Below, one piece after another: positions 1-8,376 of a DNA stretch of 20,124 nucleotides (positions are counted from its first letter, which is position 1; each line of letters begins with the position of its first letter). Both the position numbers and the translations under genes were made by a program. The DNA comes from Sulfurimonadaceae bacterium (GTDB lineage Bacteria; Campylobacterota; Campylobacteria; Campylobacterales; Sulfurimonadaceae). The notes beneath the pieces are model-generated. The model saw only the letters and a program-made list of their open reading frames with translations. It did not search any database and had not been told where the DNA came from. The DNA lies in the NCBI GenBank assembly GCA_041562555.1, contig JBFEXS010000030.1, positions 1-20,124 of the forward strand, in the 5' to 3' direction.

Positions 1-3
1 CTT

Positions 4-108
4 TCTAAACTCTAAACTCTAAACTCTAAACTCTAAACTCTAAACTCTAAACTCTAAACTCTAAACTCTAAACTCTAAACTCTAAACTCTAAACTCTAAA
101 CTCTAAAC
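4..108. repeat. Perfect heptanucleotide tandem repeat (TCTAAAC)x15
   Basis: Read directly: TCTAAAC starts at 4, 11, 18 ... 102, giving 15 exact copies. It contains TAA (+) and TAG (-), which fall in all three frames, so it is non-coding. Confidence 0.98.
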
Positions 109-141
109 TTATCTATTATGAATCACTATAGATTTTAATTA

Positions 142-157
142 TGGAACACCATTTGCT
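142..157 (+). promoter_or_regulatory. sigma54 (RpoN) -24/-12 promoter of the flagellin gene
   Basis: TGGAACACCATTTGCT has GG at 143-144 and GC at 155-156 with exactly 10 nt between them, matching TGGCAC-N5-TTGC. Predicted transcription start is about 168. No sigma28-type CGAT -10 box is seen between 110 and 215. Confidence 0.85.
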
Positions 158-176
158 TTTTAATCCTTAGAATTTT

Positions 177-208
177 TGCATGGATGCACATTCCATCTAT
201 TTAAAGGA
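177..208 (+). promoter_or_regulatory. Flagellin 5' UTR with putative CsrA sites (hairpin-loop ATGGA plus AAGGA ribosome-binding site)
   Basis: TGCA-TGGA-TGCA (177-188) puts GGA in a hairpin loop. A second ANGGA (AAGGA, 204-208) is the Shine-Dalgarno. CsrA/FliW control of flagellin mRNA is established in Campylobacter and Bacillus. Confidence 0.6.
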
Positions 209-214
209 CATAAA

Positions 215-1687
215 ATGGGTTTTCGTATAAACACAAATATTGCGGCACTTAACGCACACAATAATGGTGTCATGAACAATCGGGCACTAGACAGTTCACT
301 GGCTAAACTGAGTTCAGGCCTTCGTATCAATTCGGCGGCAGATGATGCGTCAGGTATGGCGATCGCTGATTCACTCCGTTCACAAGCGAGTGCTCTAGGG
401 CAGGCTATACGTAATGCAAATGATGCTCAAAGTATTATCCAGATCGCAGATAAAGCGATGGATGAACAGATTAAGATACTTGATACGATCAAGACAAAGG
501 CAATTCAGGCTGCACAAGATGGACAGAGCCGTGATTCACGCGTTGCACTTCAGGCAGATATCACACGTTTGATGGAGTCATTGGATAATATCGCCAGTAC
601 GACATCATACAATGGTCAAAACCTTTTGGCCGGATCATTCTCAAACAAAGAGTTCCAAGTAGGTGCCTACTCCAACCAGACGGTGAAGGCCTCCATCGGT
701 GCGACAGATTCTAACCACATCGGTTCAGTCTCTTTTGCAACGGGTATTGCTATTCCTGCTGAAACATCAAGTGCACTGACATTCAGTACGGCTTCAGGAG
801 ACCTTACACTACAAGCGATCCCGATCAGTACGAGTGCCGGTACGGGTCTGGGAGAGTTAACGAAGGTTATTAATAATGCGACAGAATTGACAGGTGTCCG
901 TGCTTCTTATGATGTCTCGATTACCTATTCAAATGCATTAGTGGCAAGTAGTGTTGATGGGATGACGATCAATGGAATCTCTATCGGTAGTTTCAGTGTT
1001 GTTCCGGGGGATCAAAACGGTAATATGGTCAATGCGATCAATGCAAAAACCTCAGAAACAGGTGTACAGGCTGCCGTAGATGTCCAAGGTCGACTAACTT
1101 TGACATCATTGGACGGCCGTGGTATTTCAGTTGCTGCTACAACATGGGCAACGGGTCTGGAAGATCTGACAAGTATGGGACAATTGACATTAAGCCGTTT
1201 GGATGCTTCGGCTATTATTGTTGACCCTGGAACGGCAGCAGACTTTGGGCTTGCTGCAGGAGCGACTTTAAAGCTTACGACGCTTAATTTAGCAGATGTA
1301 AAATCAAATATAGGCTCTACAGATGCGGTTGCTATTGGGGCGATCGGATATTCTGGAGCGCGTACGAATGTATCTGGCGGGATTGGTGCAGGTGTAACCA
1401 GTTTTGCAGGAGCTCAGGCGGCGATTGATATTGCAGAGTCTGCACAAAAACAGCTTGACCGTGTACGTGCTGACCTTGGTTCGGTACAAAATCAAATCGT
1501 TACGGTCGTTAACAATATCTCTGTGACGCAGGTTAATGTCGCTGCAGCTGAATCTCAGATCCGTGATGTTGACTTTGCGGCAGAATCAGCGACTTTCTCT
1601 AAACATAATATTCTTGCACAATCTGGTTCATTTGCCATGAGTCAGGCAAATGCAGTACAGCAAAATGTTTTAAGTCTACTTCAGTAG
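215..1687 (+). CDS. Flagellin (Campylobacterota FlaA/FlaB type, sigma54-driven), 490 aa
   Basis: N-terminus MGFRINTNIAALNAH...LSSGLRINSAADDASG and C-terminus ESQIRDVDFAAES...QANAVQQNVLSLLQ are flagellin D0/D1 motifs. Start moved from 176 (TTG) to ATG 215 because AAGGA lies 6 nt upstream and 176 is within the predicted 5' UTR. The centre is Ser/Thr-rich. Confidence 0.97.
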   Translation: MGFRINTNIAALNAHNNGVMNNRALDSSLAKLSSGLRINSAADDASGMAIADSLRSQASALGQAIRNANDAQSIIQIADKAMDEQIKILDTIKTKAIQAAQDGQSRDSRVALQADITRLMESLDNIASTTSYNGQNLLAGSFSNKEFQVGAYSNQTVKASIGATDSNHIGSVSFATGIAIPAETSSALTFSTASGDLTLQAIPISTSAGTGLGELTKVINNATELTGVRASYDVSITYSNALVASSVDGMTINGISIGSFSVVPGDQNGNMVNAINAKTSETGVQAAVDVQGRLTLTSLDGRGISVAATTWATGLEDLTSMGQLTLSRLDASAIIVDPGTAADFGLAAGATLKLTTLNLADVKSNIGSTDAVAIGAIGYSGARTNVSGGIGAGVTSFAGAQAAIDIAESAQKQLDRVRADLGSVQNQIVTVVNNISVTQVNVAAAESQIRDVDFAAESATFSKHNILAQSGSFAMSQANAVQQNVLSLLQ

Positions 1688-1705
1688 CTTAAACTACTTC
1701 TTCAT

Positions 1706-1745
1706 AAGGTATTCGGTCTCTTGCTTAGGGACTCAATACTTTCTT
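1706..1745 (+). terminator. Putative intrinsic terminator of flagellin
   Basis: Imperfect hairpin AAGGTATT-cg-GTCTCT-tgctt-AGGGAC-tc-AATACTTT (with G-U pairs) ending in a TTTCTT tract, 18 nt after the stop codon. Confidence 0.55.
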
Positions 1746-1968
1746 CCATATATCCTTATTCTGATACTTTCAACATATTGTACTGGCATAAAATGTACTC
1801 TCATATCCATTGTCTACACTGCAGTTCCACTTGGCACAAAGTTTTCAGATAAGATTCTTCTCCTCCTATTATATAAGGTGTTTCTTGGGGAGGGTCTTGC
1901 GCTACTCGCAGAGAACAGGTTGTAAAGAAGAAGTACTAAAGATTTGATGAGGTGTAAGATTAGAGTGT

Positions 1969-1988
1969 AAGGACCGGATACAGCCCTT
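1969..1988 (-). terminator. Hairpin just after the maf stop codon (possible terminator or 3' stabiliser)
   Basis: Minus strand AAGGGCTG-TATC-CGGTCCTT forms an 8-bp stem with two G-U pairs. The U tail is poor. Confidence 0.35.
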
Positions 1989-1993
1989 TATAA

Positions 1994-4054
1994 CTAGTAA
2001 AGATTTGAAGATTTTTGAACGTCGAGGTCGAGGTCATCCATCATTGCATTGTATTCACTGTTGAGTTTGTCGGAGAGTGCTTTGAGATGTTTATATTTTT
2101 CTTCATCGACAGCGATCTGTTTTTTCTCAGGAACGACAATCTGATCTTGCAGTTCTTTTGGCCAAGTTTGTATCGCCTTTAAGAGGACTTCCCTCTCTTC
2201 ATTGAGTCCACCTGCAAGTGAGAATAGCCAAAGACGGTGTGCCATGATCCACTCAACCATTTTAGCTTTGACTTCTTCATCGTTGGTGACTTTTTTACTA
2301 CGTATTTTGACAAAATCAAATTCCATATGCAGTACCAGGGATTGCATCAGATCAAAATAGAGGCTATAGAACATCTCCTCTTCAATAAACGCTTTAATCC
2401 CATCGAGTTCCCCCATCAAAACCTTTAAATCGTCAAGATCGATATCATCCAGTAGACTTTCTTCAAGGCACTCAACAAAGTGTTCGGAGGCTTCCTGGAC
2501 GTGTATAAAGACTTGCTCTGTTTGTTCCTGCTTCTCAATAGAGTACTGGATCCAGGCATTTGTTCTTTCGATAATGGTCTTCCAGTTTTTATCAATATTC
2601 TCTTGTATAGGGGAAGGGAGTTGAATAGGTACCTTGGTATAGTTGAGATCAACGTAGGTATCTATGGCTTCACGGAAGGATAACTCGATAGCTTCGGGAA
2701 TCCTTGCCCCTCCTTCGGTAGAATTGATGGTATTGATCGTATTTTTTGTTTCGTTGATTGCACGCTCAAAATAGTTTTTAAACATGACCCAGTATTGGGT
2801 AGTGCGGATAACACCTCCACCGCCGTAACGTTCAACATACTCATTATGTCCCTCGGTTTTTTCCTCATCAACCCCAAAGAAATGATTGTCGGCATGGGAT
2901 GTCCCGTCATCTCCAAAGGCCAGGTCTTGACCGATGAGAATGATATTCTCATAATGCATGGCAATTGCCAATTCGTGGGCAAGATTGGCTGCACTCATAC
3001 CTACACCGATATATCCGTGCTCATCAAGACCAAAGTATTTGGTATAGCCGTGTGGGCGCATTTGTAGCAGTAATGTACCACCGCGGATCGCGTTGATCAC
3101 ATCCTGATGGGCAATAGAAACACATACAAAATTGACACCGTCTTGAAATTCTTTTGCATTGTTTTTAAAGAAGTTCGCTGTTTCGGGGATACGTTCCAAT
3201 ACGGTAACAAAATCCGGTTTGATCCCGTGTTTCTCAAGAATTGGGAATGAGGCATCGACGCTGATGATCGTTACATGGTCTTTGATCTTTTTCAGTAGAG
3301 GGATCTGCTTGGTGAGGCTTGGCCCGGTGGAGACTACAATGGCGGTCTTGGGTCGTTCTACGTTCATCAGTGAATGGGTTGTGGGGCATTGCACCATACG
3401 CGGTAGGTTTTGTATATGGTGTTCGATTCCCATTAGGGTATCGGTGGCATCGTTTCCATAGCCTAAGGCAATGGCTTTAAATGACTCAATTAATAAATCA
3501 TTGATACGTTTGATCTCATTGAAATAGTGTAAAAGATAATAGTTCGAGATGGTCTCAAGTGTGTAGAGTTTAACATAATATTGTGCATGGGTTTTCTGGA
3601 TGTAATGCGAGAGTGTTGAAAAGGATGCGGTGGACATGTCTTCAAATATTACTCGTTGACTCAAAATAGCTTCGGAAAAATCTGCAAGATGGAAAGCGAT
3701 GTAGTAGAGTTCTGCATTAGGTTCAATAACAATAAGCCGTTCAAGCTGGGGTTCTTTTAGAATGAGTTGCAAGGCAACACTGTTTCCTATACCGAAAAGA
3801 TAGCGAAATGGGATGTTGTTGCGTTCACGTAATTCTGTTTCCAGGGCAATGACATCAGCGACAGGATAGGCATACATAAACGATTCGAGCTGTGTGTCCA
3901 AGATATTGATATCAATAGGGTCTTTACCCTGAAAAACTTCAAAGCGTTCGTTTCCCTTGATGGTCAGTATCTTGTTGGCAAGATGGGGATTCACATGAAG
4001 AAGCGCGTGCAAGTTTTTATTTAAGATAGGGTGTGTTTGAGGTGAATCACTCAT
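1994..4054 (-). CDS. maf: Motility-associated factor (Maf/DUF115) flagellin nonulosonate glycosyltransferase, 686 aa
   Basis: Maf core motifs AIVVSTGPSLTKQIPLLK, ISVDAS...GIKPDFV, GMSAANLAHELA...IILIGQDLAF..DGTSHA and INSTEGGARI. It has a helical C-terminus and sits next to flagellin and the pse genes. Confidence 0.92.
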   Translation of the reverse strand: MSDSPQTHPILNKNLHALLHVNPHLANKILTIKGNERFEVFQGKDPIDINILDTQLESFMYAYPVADVIALETELRERNNIPFRYLFGIGNSVALQLILKEPQLERLIVIEPNAELYYIAFHLADFSEAILSQRVIFEDMSTASFSTLSHYIQKTHAQYYVKLYTLETISNYYLLHYFNEIKRINDLLIESFKAIALGYGNDATDTLMGIEHHIQNLPRMVQCPTTHSLMNVERPKTAIVVSTGPSLTKQIPLLKKIKDHVTIISVDASFPILEKHGIKPDFVTVLERIPETANFFKNNAKEFQDGVNFVCVSIAHQDVINAIRGGTLLLQMRPHGYTKYFGLDEHGYIGVGMSAANLAHELAIAMHYENIILIGQDLAFGDDGTSHADNHFFGVDEEKTEGHNEYVERYGGGGVIRTTQYWVMFKNYFERAINETKNTINTINSTEGGARIPEAIELSFREAIDTYVDLNYTKVPIQLPSPIQENIDKNWKTIIERTNAWIQYSIEKQEQTEQVFIHVQEASEHFVECLEESLLDDIDLDDLKVLMGELDGIKAFIEEEMFYSLYFDLMQSLVLHMEFDFVKIRSKKVTNDEEVKAKMVEWIMAHRLWLFSLAGGLNEEREVLLKAIQTWPKELQDQIVVPEKKQIAVDEEKYKHLKALSDKLNSEYNAMMDDLDLDVQKSSNLY

Positions 4055-5400
4055 TGTTTTCCTTGTTTGGGAGTTGTTATCGGGGCATCATGAATATACT
4101 CTGATGCCTTGAGTAGTTGTAAAAAATCCAGTAGTTGAGGATCTTGATATTTATTGGCAATAGCCAAAATACCAATAGGCAGATTATTGTCACCTTTTAA
4201 GACTGGCATCATTATACTAGGAAGACCTAAAAAAGTCCAAATCAGATTGGAATCAGGAAGGTCAGGAGTCGTCAACCCAATAGGGGCTTCATCGGCAGTA
4301 CCGAGGGTAAGGATGATGTCATAGGTATTCATCCATTGTGAAAAGGCATGAGAAAGTTCATTCTGTCTTTCAAGCGCGTCGGTATACTCCTGGGTAGATA
4401 CCTTCTGCCCTTTTTGGATGATGTCGTAAAAAATGGGACTCATTAAGGTGTGTTGCGCATACTCATCCTTAAAGTAATAGGAGAGGGCCTTGTCATAGAT
4501 CAGTTGGTGCAGGTCATAAATCTCATCAACATAGCTTGGTAGTTGGACATAGTGCAATTGAATGCGTTCATGGTCAAGCTTCTCTATCCAATCCTCAAAC
4601 CCTTGTTTTGCAGATGATGCGGCGAGGTCAAATTTTGGATGCCGGATAACGGCAACCTGATATCTCTTATCCGGGTCTGAGTGATAATTGTCAATGTACT
4701 GATGCACATATTCATAATTCTTTCCTGACACACGGCAGGCATCAAATCCAAGGAGAAGGTCTTCCGGACTTCGGGCAAACAGACCGAGTGTATCCAATGA
4801 ATCCGTTGTCTTAAGGACACCGATGCGAGGGAATACACCAAAAGAGGGTTTAAACCCGTAAACGCCGCAATATGAAGCCGGACGGCCAATGGAACCGGCT
4901 GTTTGTGAGCCAAGTGCAATAGGGACCATCCCACTGGCAACAGCAGCAGCTGACCCACTTGAAGAAGTGCCGGGACTGCGTCCCAGAGCATGGGGGTTAT
5001 GGGTCGTATCCTGATAGTGTACGGCAAATTCTGCCGTAGTGGTCTTTCCTAGCATGATGGCACCGTTTCGGCGAAGGTAGTGCACAATTCTGGCATCATT
5101 TCCGGGGGTGAAGTCCTTCCATATAGGAGACCCCATCTGGGTAGGCATGTCAAAGGTGTTAAAGATGTCTTTTACACCGATGGGAATACCAAAGAGCGCG
5201 TGCTGTTCGCTGTCAAGATCCTCAATCTTGGCTAACTGTGTCTGAATGACCTCTTCATCAATGAATTCCCAGGCGCGGATATCAGCATCCAGTGTCCGGA
5301 TACGTTCTAATAAAGCGTCGCTTATCTCTTTGGGCGTTGTTTCATGGGATAAGAGTTTTTGGCGTAATTGCGTGGCAGTGAGACTGTATAGTGGTTTCAC
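4051..5400 (-). CDS. Amidase-signature family enzyme (GatA-like fold, not the housekeeping GatA), 449 aa
   Basis: Motifs for the Lys-cisSer-Ser triad: PIGVKD, SPGTSSSGSAAAVA, LGSQTAGSIGRPASYCGVYGFKPS. GTG start overlaps the upstream stop (GTGA). No gatB/gatC is adjacent. Confidence 0.9.
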   Translation of the reverse strand: MKPLYSLTATQLRQKLLSHETTPKEISDALLERIRTLDADIRAWEFIDEEVIQTQLAKIEDLDSEQHALFGIPIGVKDIFNTFDMPTQMGSPIWKDFTPGNDARIVHYLRRNGAIMLGKTTTAEFAVHYQDTTHNPHALGRSPGTSSSGSAAAVASGMVPIALGSQTAGSIGRPASYCGVYGFKPSFGVFPRIGVLKTTDSLDTLGLFARSPEDLLLGFDACRVSGKNYEYVHQYIDNYHSDPDKRYQVAVIRHPKFDLAASSAKQGFEDWIEKLDHERIQLHYVQLPSYVDEIYDLHQLIYDKALSYYFKDEYAQHTLMSPIFYDIIQKGQKVSTQEYTDALERQNELSHAFSQWMNTYDIILTLGTADEAPIGLTTPDLPDSNLIWTFLGLPSIMMPVLKGDNNLPIGILAIANKYQDPQLLDFLQLLKASEYIHDAPITTPKQGKQ

Positions 5401-6533
5401 CCATGCTCCCTGAACTTACCTTCGCGCATTGCTTTGAGTGTATTTGTATACTCTTCTTCGGTAATGTTTGCCATATCCAGGAACTCATCGAGATAGGCAG
5501 GACGCTGTTGGTCATACTTTTTGGCAATCTCAAACCCTTCTTCTCTCGTAAGAAGTCCTGCACGTACATCGGCACTGGCTTGGTCTGTTCCCCGTCCGAA
5601 TCCGCGTTTGACGAATTTCATGTGATCATGCATCGTCTCGAATTTACATTCGTTTCCTTTAAAGCCTTTATAATGGCCCGGACGATGTTCTTCTCTCCAT
5701 CCATACTCTTTTTTGATAAATTCCATTTGACGCTCATCATCCCAAAAAAGGTAATCTCCCAGATGAAGACCGACCAGGCCAAGTTTTTCGACCTCTTCAT
5801 AGGATGGAAGTTCAAAGGGTTTGAGATCTTTTCGTGTGATCTCATCATCGATCATCTGTTCAGGATAGAGTTTAGCGGAGACCTTGGTGAAATAGTCTCT
5901 ATCGAACTTGGTCACATGCTCTTTAAAGTCAGCCCTTCCGCTGGACTCACATACGGACTCTCCCCATATCAGAAGAGGTATATTGAATTTAACGGCAATC
6001 TGTAGAGGAAAGGCACCTATACCTGCATGGCAATGCCAGCACGAATCACCTATTTTGTAAAAAGACTTCACGAACAGCTTTTTAACAAGGGCTTTGTTCG
6101 GAGTAAACATGATATGATCGACTTCGAGTTTTTCCAGTGCGTTTTCAAGGTTGTATTTCCCTGTCTCGGAATACCAGTTGTGGTTGAATGTCACCGCAAG
6201 GGGTTTCATCCCATAGACTTTAGTCAGCACATGAAGTTGGAACACGGAGTCTTTGCCTCCTGAGATAGGTACGATACAATCATAGTTGTCATCGGCTTTC
6301 TCTTTATAGGCTTCAAGTGTCTGACGAAGTTGTTTTTCACTCTCTTTCCAGTTGATGCGCATCTTCTGTTCCTGTGCTCTACAGGCAAGACAGACACCCA
6401 GTTCATCAAACTGCATACCCTCATTGGAGCTTGGCATACAGCATCGGGTACAGTAGGTTAAGTGGTCTTTGTACAGGGGTTTACCGTAATTTTCGTCTTG
6501 ACCCACGGGAATATTGTCTATTTTTTTTGTCAT
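5397..6533 (-). CDS. N-acetyl sugar amidotransferase (PseA/WbuX/PtmG family), 378 aa
   Basis: N-terminal CTRCCMP...CLAC, PP-loop SGGKDS, CWHCHAG and NECKF...KRGFGR are family hallmarks. Located in a pse locus. Confidence 0.9.
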   Translation of the reverse strand: MTKKIDNIPVGQDENYGKPLYKDHLTYCTRCCMPSSNEGMQFDELGVCLACRAQEQKMRINWKESEKQLRQTLEAYKEKADDNYDCIVPISGGKDSVFQLHVLTKVYGMKPLAVTFNHNWYSETGKYNLENALEKLEVDHIMFTPNKALVKKLFVKSFYKIGDSCWHCHAGIGAFPLQIAVKFNIPLLIWGESVCESSGRADFKEHVTKFDRDYFTKVSAKLYPEQMIDDEITRKDLKPFELPSYEEVEKLGLVGLHLGDYLFWDDERQMEFIKKEYGWREEHRPGHYKGFKGNECKFETMHDHMKFVKRGFGRGTDQASADVRAGLLTREEGFEIAKKYDQQRPAYLDEFLDMANITEEEYTNTLKAMREGKFREHG

Positions 6534-7081
6534 AGGGTCTCCTTTGTGTCATTGTCTAACATTCCATATTCAATAATATCGGCATATTCGCCATTTTTTA
6601 AAAGGCCGTCTCTTCGTATTCCCTCTTGTTTCATGCCCAGTTTGGCAGCAAGCTTTTGCATTCCATGGTTTTTGGATGAGGTACCGCAGTAGATGCGGTG
6701 CAGATGTAAGTGATTAAAGCCATAATCAATCAGCAGTTTTCCGGCTTCCTCCCCTATACCTTTGCCATAGACGGAAGGTTCGCCTATGAGGATTGCGAAT
6801 TCGGCATTGCGGGCCTTCATATCTATGGCTTGCAGGGAGATGTTTCCGAGGTGTTGATGACTGGCATTGTTCACGATGGCAAAAACATGTGCTGTCTGCG
6901 AAGCATGAACATTGCGTATATAATCCTCTGCCATCTCCCGGGTGTAAAAGACGTCGCCATGTGAATTGTATTTCGTGACTTCGGGATCATTTAACCAGTT
7001 TGGGTAGTTCCCCTGGGCATCTTCCAGATGAAGCGCACGCAGGTGGATGATGTTGCCTTTTAAGACAGGAAGGTCTTTCAT
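6530..7081 (-). CDS. GNAT N-acyltransferase (RimJ/RimL-like), 183 aa
   Basis: YPNWLNDPEV, HLGNISL...AEFAILIG, YGKGIG (acetyl-CoA loop), N..MQKLAAKLGMKQEG. Start set at ATG 7081, which gives an ATGA overlap with the upstream stop, rather than 7102. Confidence 0.88.
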   Translation of the reverse strand: MKDLPVLKGNIIHLRALHLEDAQGNYPNWLNDPEVTKYNSHGDVFYTREMAEDYIRNVHASQTAHVFAIVNNASHQHLGNISLQAIDMKARNAEFAILIGEPSVYGKGIGEEAGKLLIDYGFNHLHLHRIYCGTSSKNHGMQKLAAKLGMKQEGIRRDGLLKNGEYADIIEYGMLDNDTKETL

Positions 7082-8376
7082 AACTCTTCCTTGTTGTTCC
7101 ATACTTTTTCAAAAGCCAAGATGACATCATCCATATCTTTGTGCGACATACCGGGACGCATGAACTCATGGGAGATCAGCAGATCATTATGCATCTTTTC
7201 CGTGACGGGGCAAAGCCCTTTTGTGTATTGAACAGTACTTTGGTTAAAGGGGAAACCGGTATCTCCAAACCCGACACGCTCTTGATATAGCGGTTGCAAA
7301 TACAAAGGTTTCACATACCCGTAACTCAGAAGGACGGCCGACTCTTCACGCAGCAGTGTATTGGGCAGTTCTGCTTTGACAGCATCAATAAATGTATTGC
7401 GATGCATACCTGCTGCAGATTCATCAAATTGTAAGACATGGACATAATATACATGTTTGCTTTGAGGACGCACCCTTGTCTGTCTGATGCAAGGAATCGT
7501 CGCTAACTTCTCATTCAGGTAATCCGTATTTTTAATACGTTCTTCGAGGAGTTGAGGCAATTTTTTCAGCTGTTCACGGGCGATGGCTGCTTCTATCTCG
7601 GTCATACGATAGTTGAATCCGATCATATTGACAAGTTCATCCCTGCTCTTGATACCTCTTGCGGAAAGTACCGCTTCGGCATGGTTACGGATGAGCCGGA
7701 GCCTGTCGGCGAGGCCGTCGTCATCAGTGACGATGATACCTCCTTCTCCGGAGTGGATATGTTTATGATAATTCAAAGAGAAGACCCCCATGTCTCCCAG
7801 AGTCCCTGCAAATTTGTCTTTATACATGGCCCCGGGTGCCTGTGCAGCATCTTCGATAACAATAAGATTGTGTTCTTTAGCGAGGGCATTGATGGCTTCA
7901 ACATCATAGACCTGACCGAAGATATCCACAACGATGATGGCTTTTGTCTTGGGTGTGATCTTTGCTTCGATAGAGCGAACATCAAGACAGTAATACTCTT
8001 CTTCGATGTCGGCAAAGACAGGAATGGCACCGTAGACGAGAGCTGCTGTAGCAGAGGCCGACATCGTATAGGCCGATACGATCACTTCATCTCCCGGTCC
8101 GATACCGGCAGCACCTACAGCGGCATATAGCCCTGAAGTGGCCGAGTTGACCGAGATGGCATGTTTTACCTTGAAAAACCTTTCCCACTCTCTCTCCAGA
8201 GCTTGGACTTCGGTTCCTCCGTAAAAATCGTCATGCCAGGTACCAAGGTAGGTAGAGAGTTTTCCAGAGCGCAGTACCCGTAATGCAGCCTCTTCTTCTT
8301 CCACTCCGATGGTGTTATACGCGGGAAAAGGCTCATGGCGTAATTTCTCTCCTCCCCTGATGGCTAATTTATTCAT
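7078..8376 (-). CDS. DegT/DnrJ/EryC1/StrS PLP-dependent sugar aminotransferase (second copy, distinct from PseC), 432 aa
   Basis: VNSATSGL, GPGDEVIV, IEDAAQAPG, FSLNYHKHIHSGEGG (PLP lysine), GFNYRMTEIEAA. Confidence 0.93.
   Translation of the reverse strand: MNKLAIRGGEKLRHEPFPAYNTIGVEEEEAALRVLRSGKLSTYLGTWHDDFYGGTEVQALEREWERFFKVKHAISVNSATSGLYAAVGAAGIGPGDEVIVSAYTMSASATAALVYGAIPVFADIEEEYYCLDVRSIEAKITPKTKAIIVVDIFGQVYDVEAINALAKEHNLIVIEDAAQAPGAMYKDKFAGTLGDMGVFSLNYHKHIHSGEGGIIVTDDDGLADRLRLIRNHAEAVLSARGIKSRDELVNMIGFNYRMTEIEAAIAREQLKKLPQLLEERIKNTDYLNEKLATIPCIRQTRVRPQSKHVYYVHVLQFDESAAGMHRNTFIDAVKAELPNTLLREESAVLLSYGYVKPLYLQPLYQERVGFGDTGFPFNQSTVQYTKGLCPVTEKMHNDLLISHEFMRPGMSHKDMDDVILAFEKVWNNKEEL

Noticed and set aside
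4..108. Repeat as a CRISPR array, telomere-like repeat (CTCTAAA vs plant CCCTAAA) or coding repeat
   Set aside because: There are no spacers or cas genes. The context is bacterial and the telomere likeness is a one-mismatch coincidence. Stop codons occur in all six frames.
176..214. 13-residue N-terminal extension of flagellin given by the ORF track
   Set aside because: The TTG start lies in the predicted 5' UTR without a ribosome-binding site. ATG 215 has AAGGA and gives the canonical MGFRINTN start.
1784..1800. TGGCATAAAATGTAC as another sigma54 promoter
   Set aside because: The -12 position reads AC with no TTGC-like element.
4051..5400. Calling the amidase gatA
   Set aside because: No gatB/gatC is nearby, the signature is QTAGSIGRP rather than DTGGSIRQP, and the gene is embedded in a glycosylation operon.
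6521..6528. A8 tract at the start of the PseA-like gene as a phase-variation switch
   Set aside because: It is in frame (Thr-Lys-Lys-Ile), and A/T runs of 7-8 occur elsewhere in the window. No long poly-G/C tracts of the Campylobacter contingency type were seen.
5391..8130. Long plus-strand ORFs (5391-6005, 7552-8130) and the other short alternative-frame ORFs in the track
   Set aside because: They are antisense or out-of-frame shadows of well-supported genes and have no recognisable motifs.
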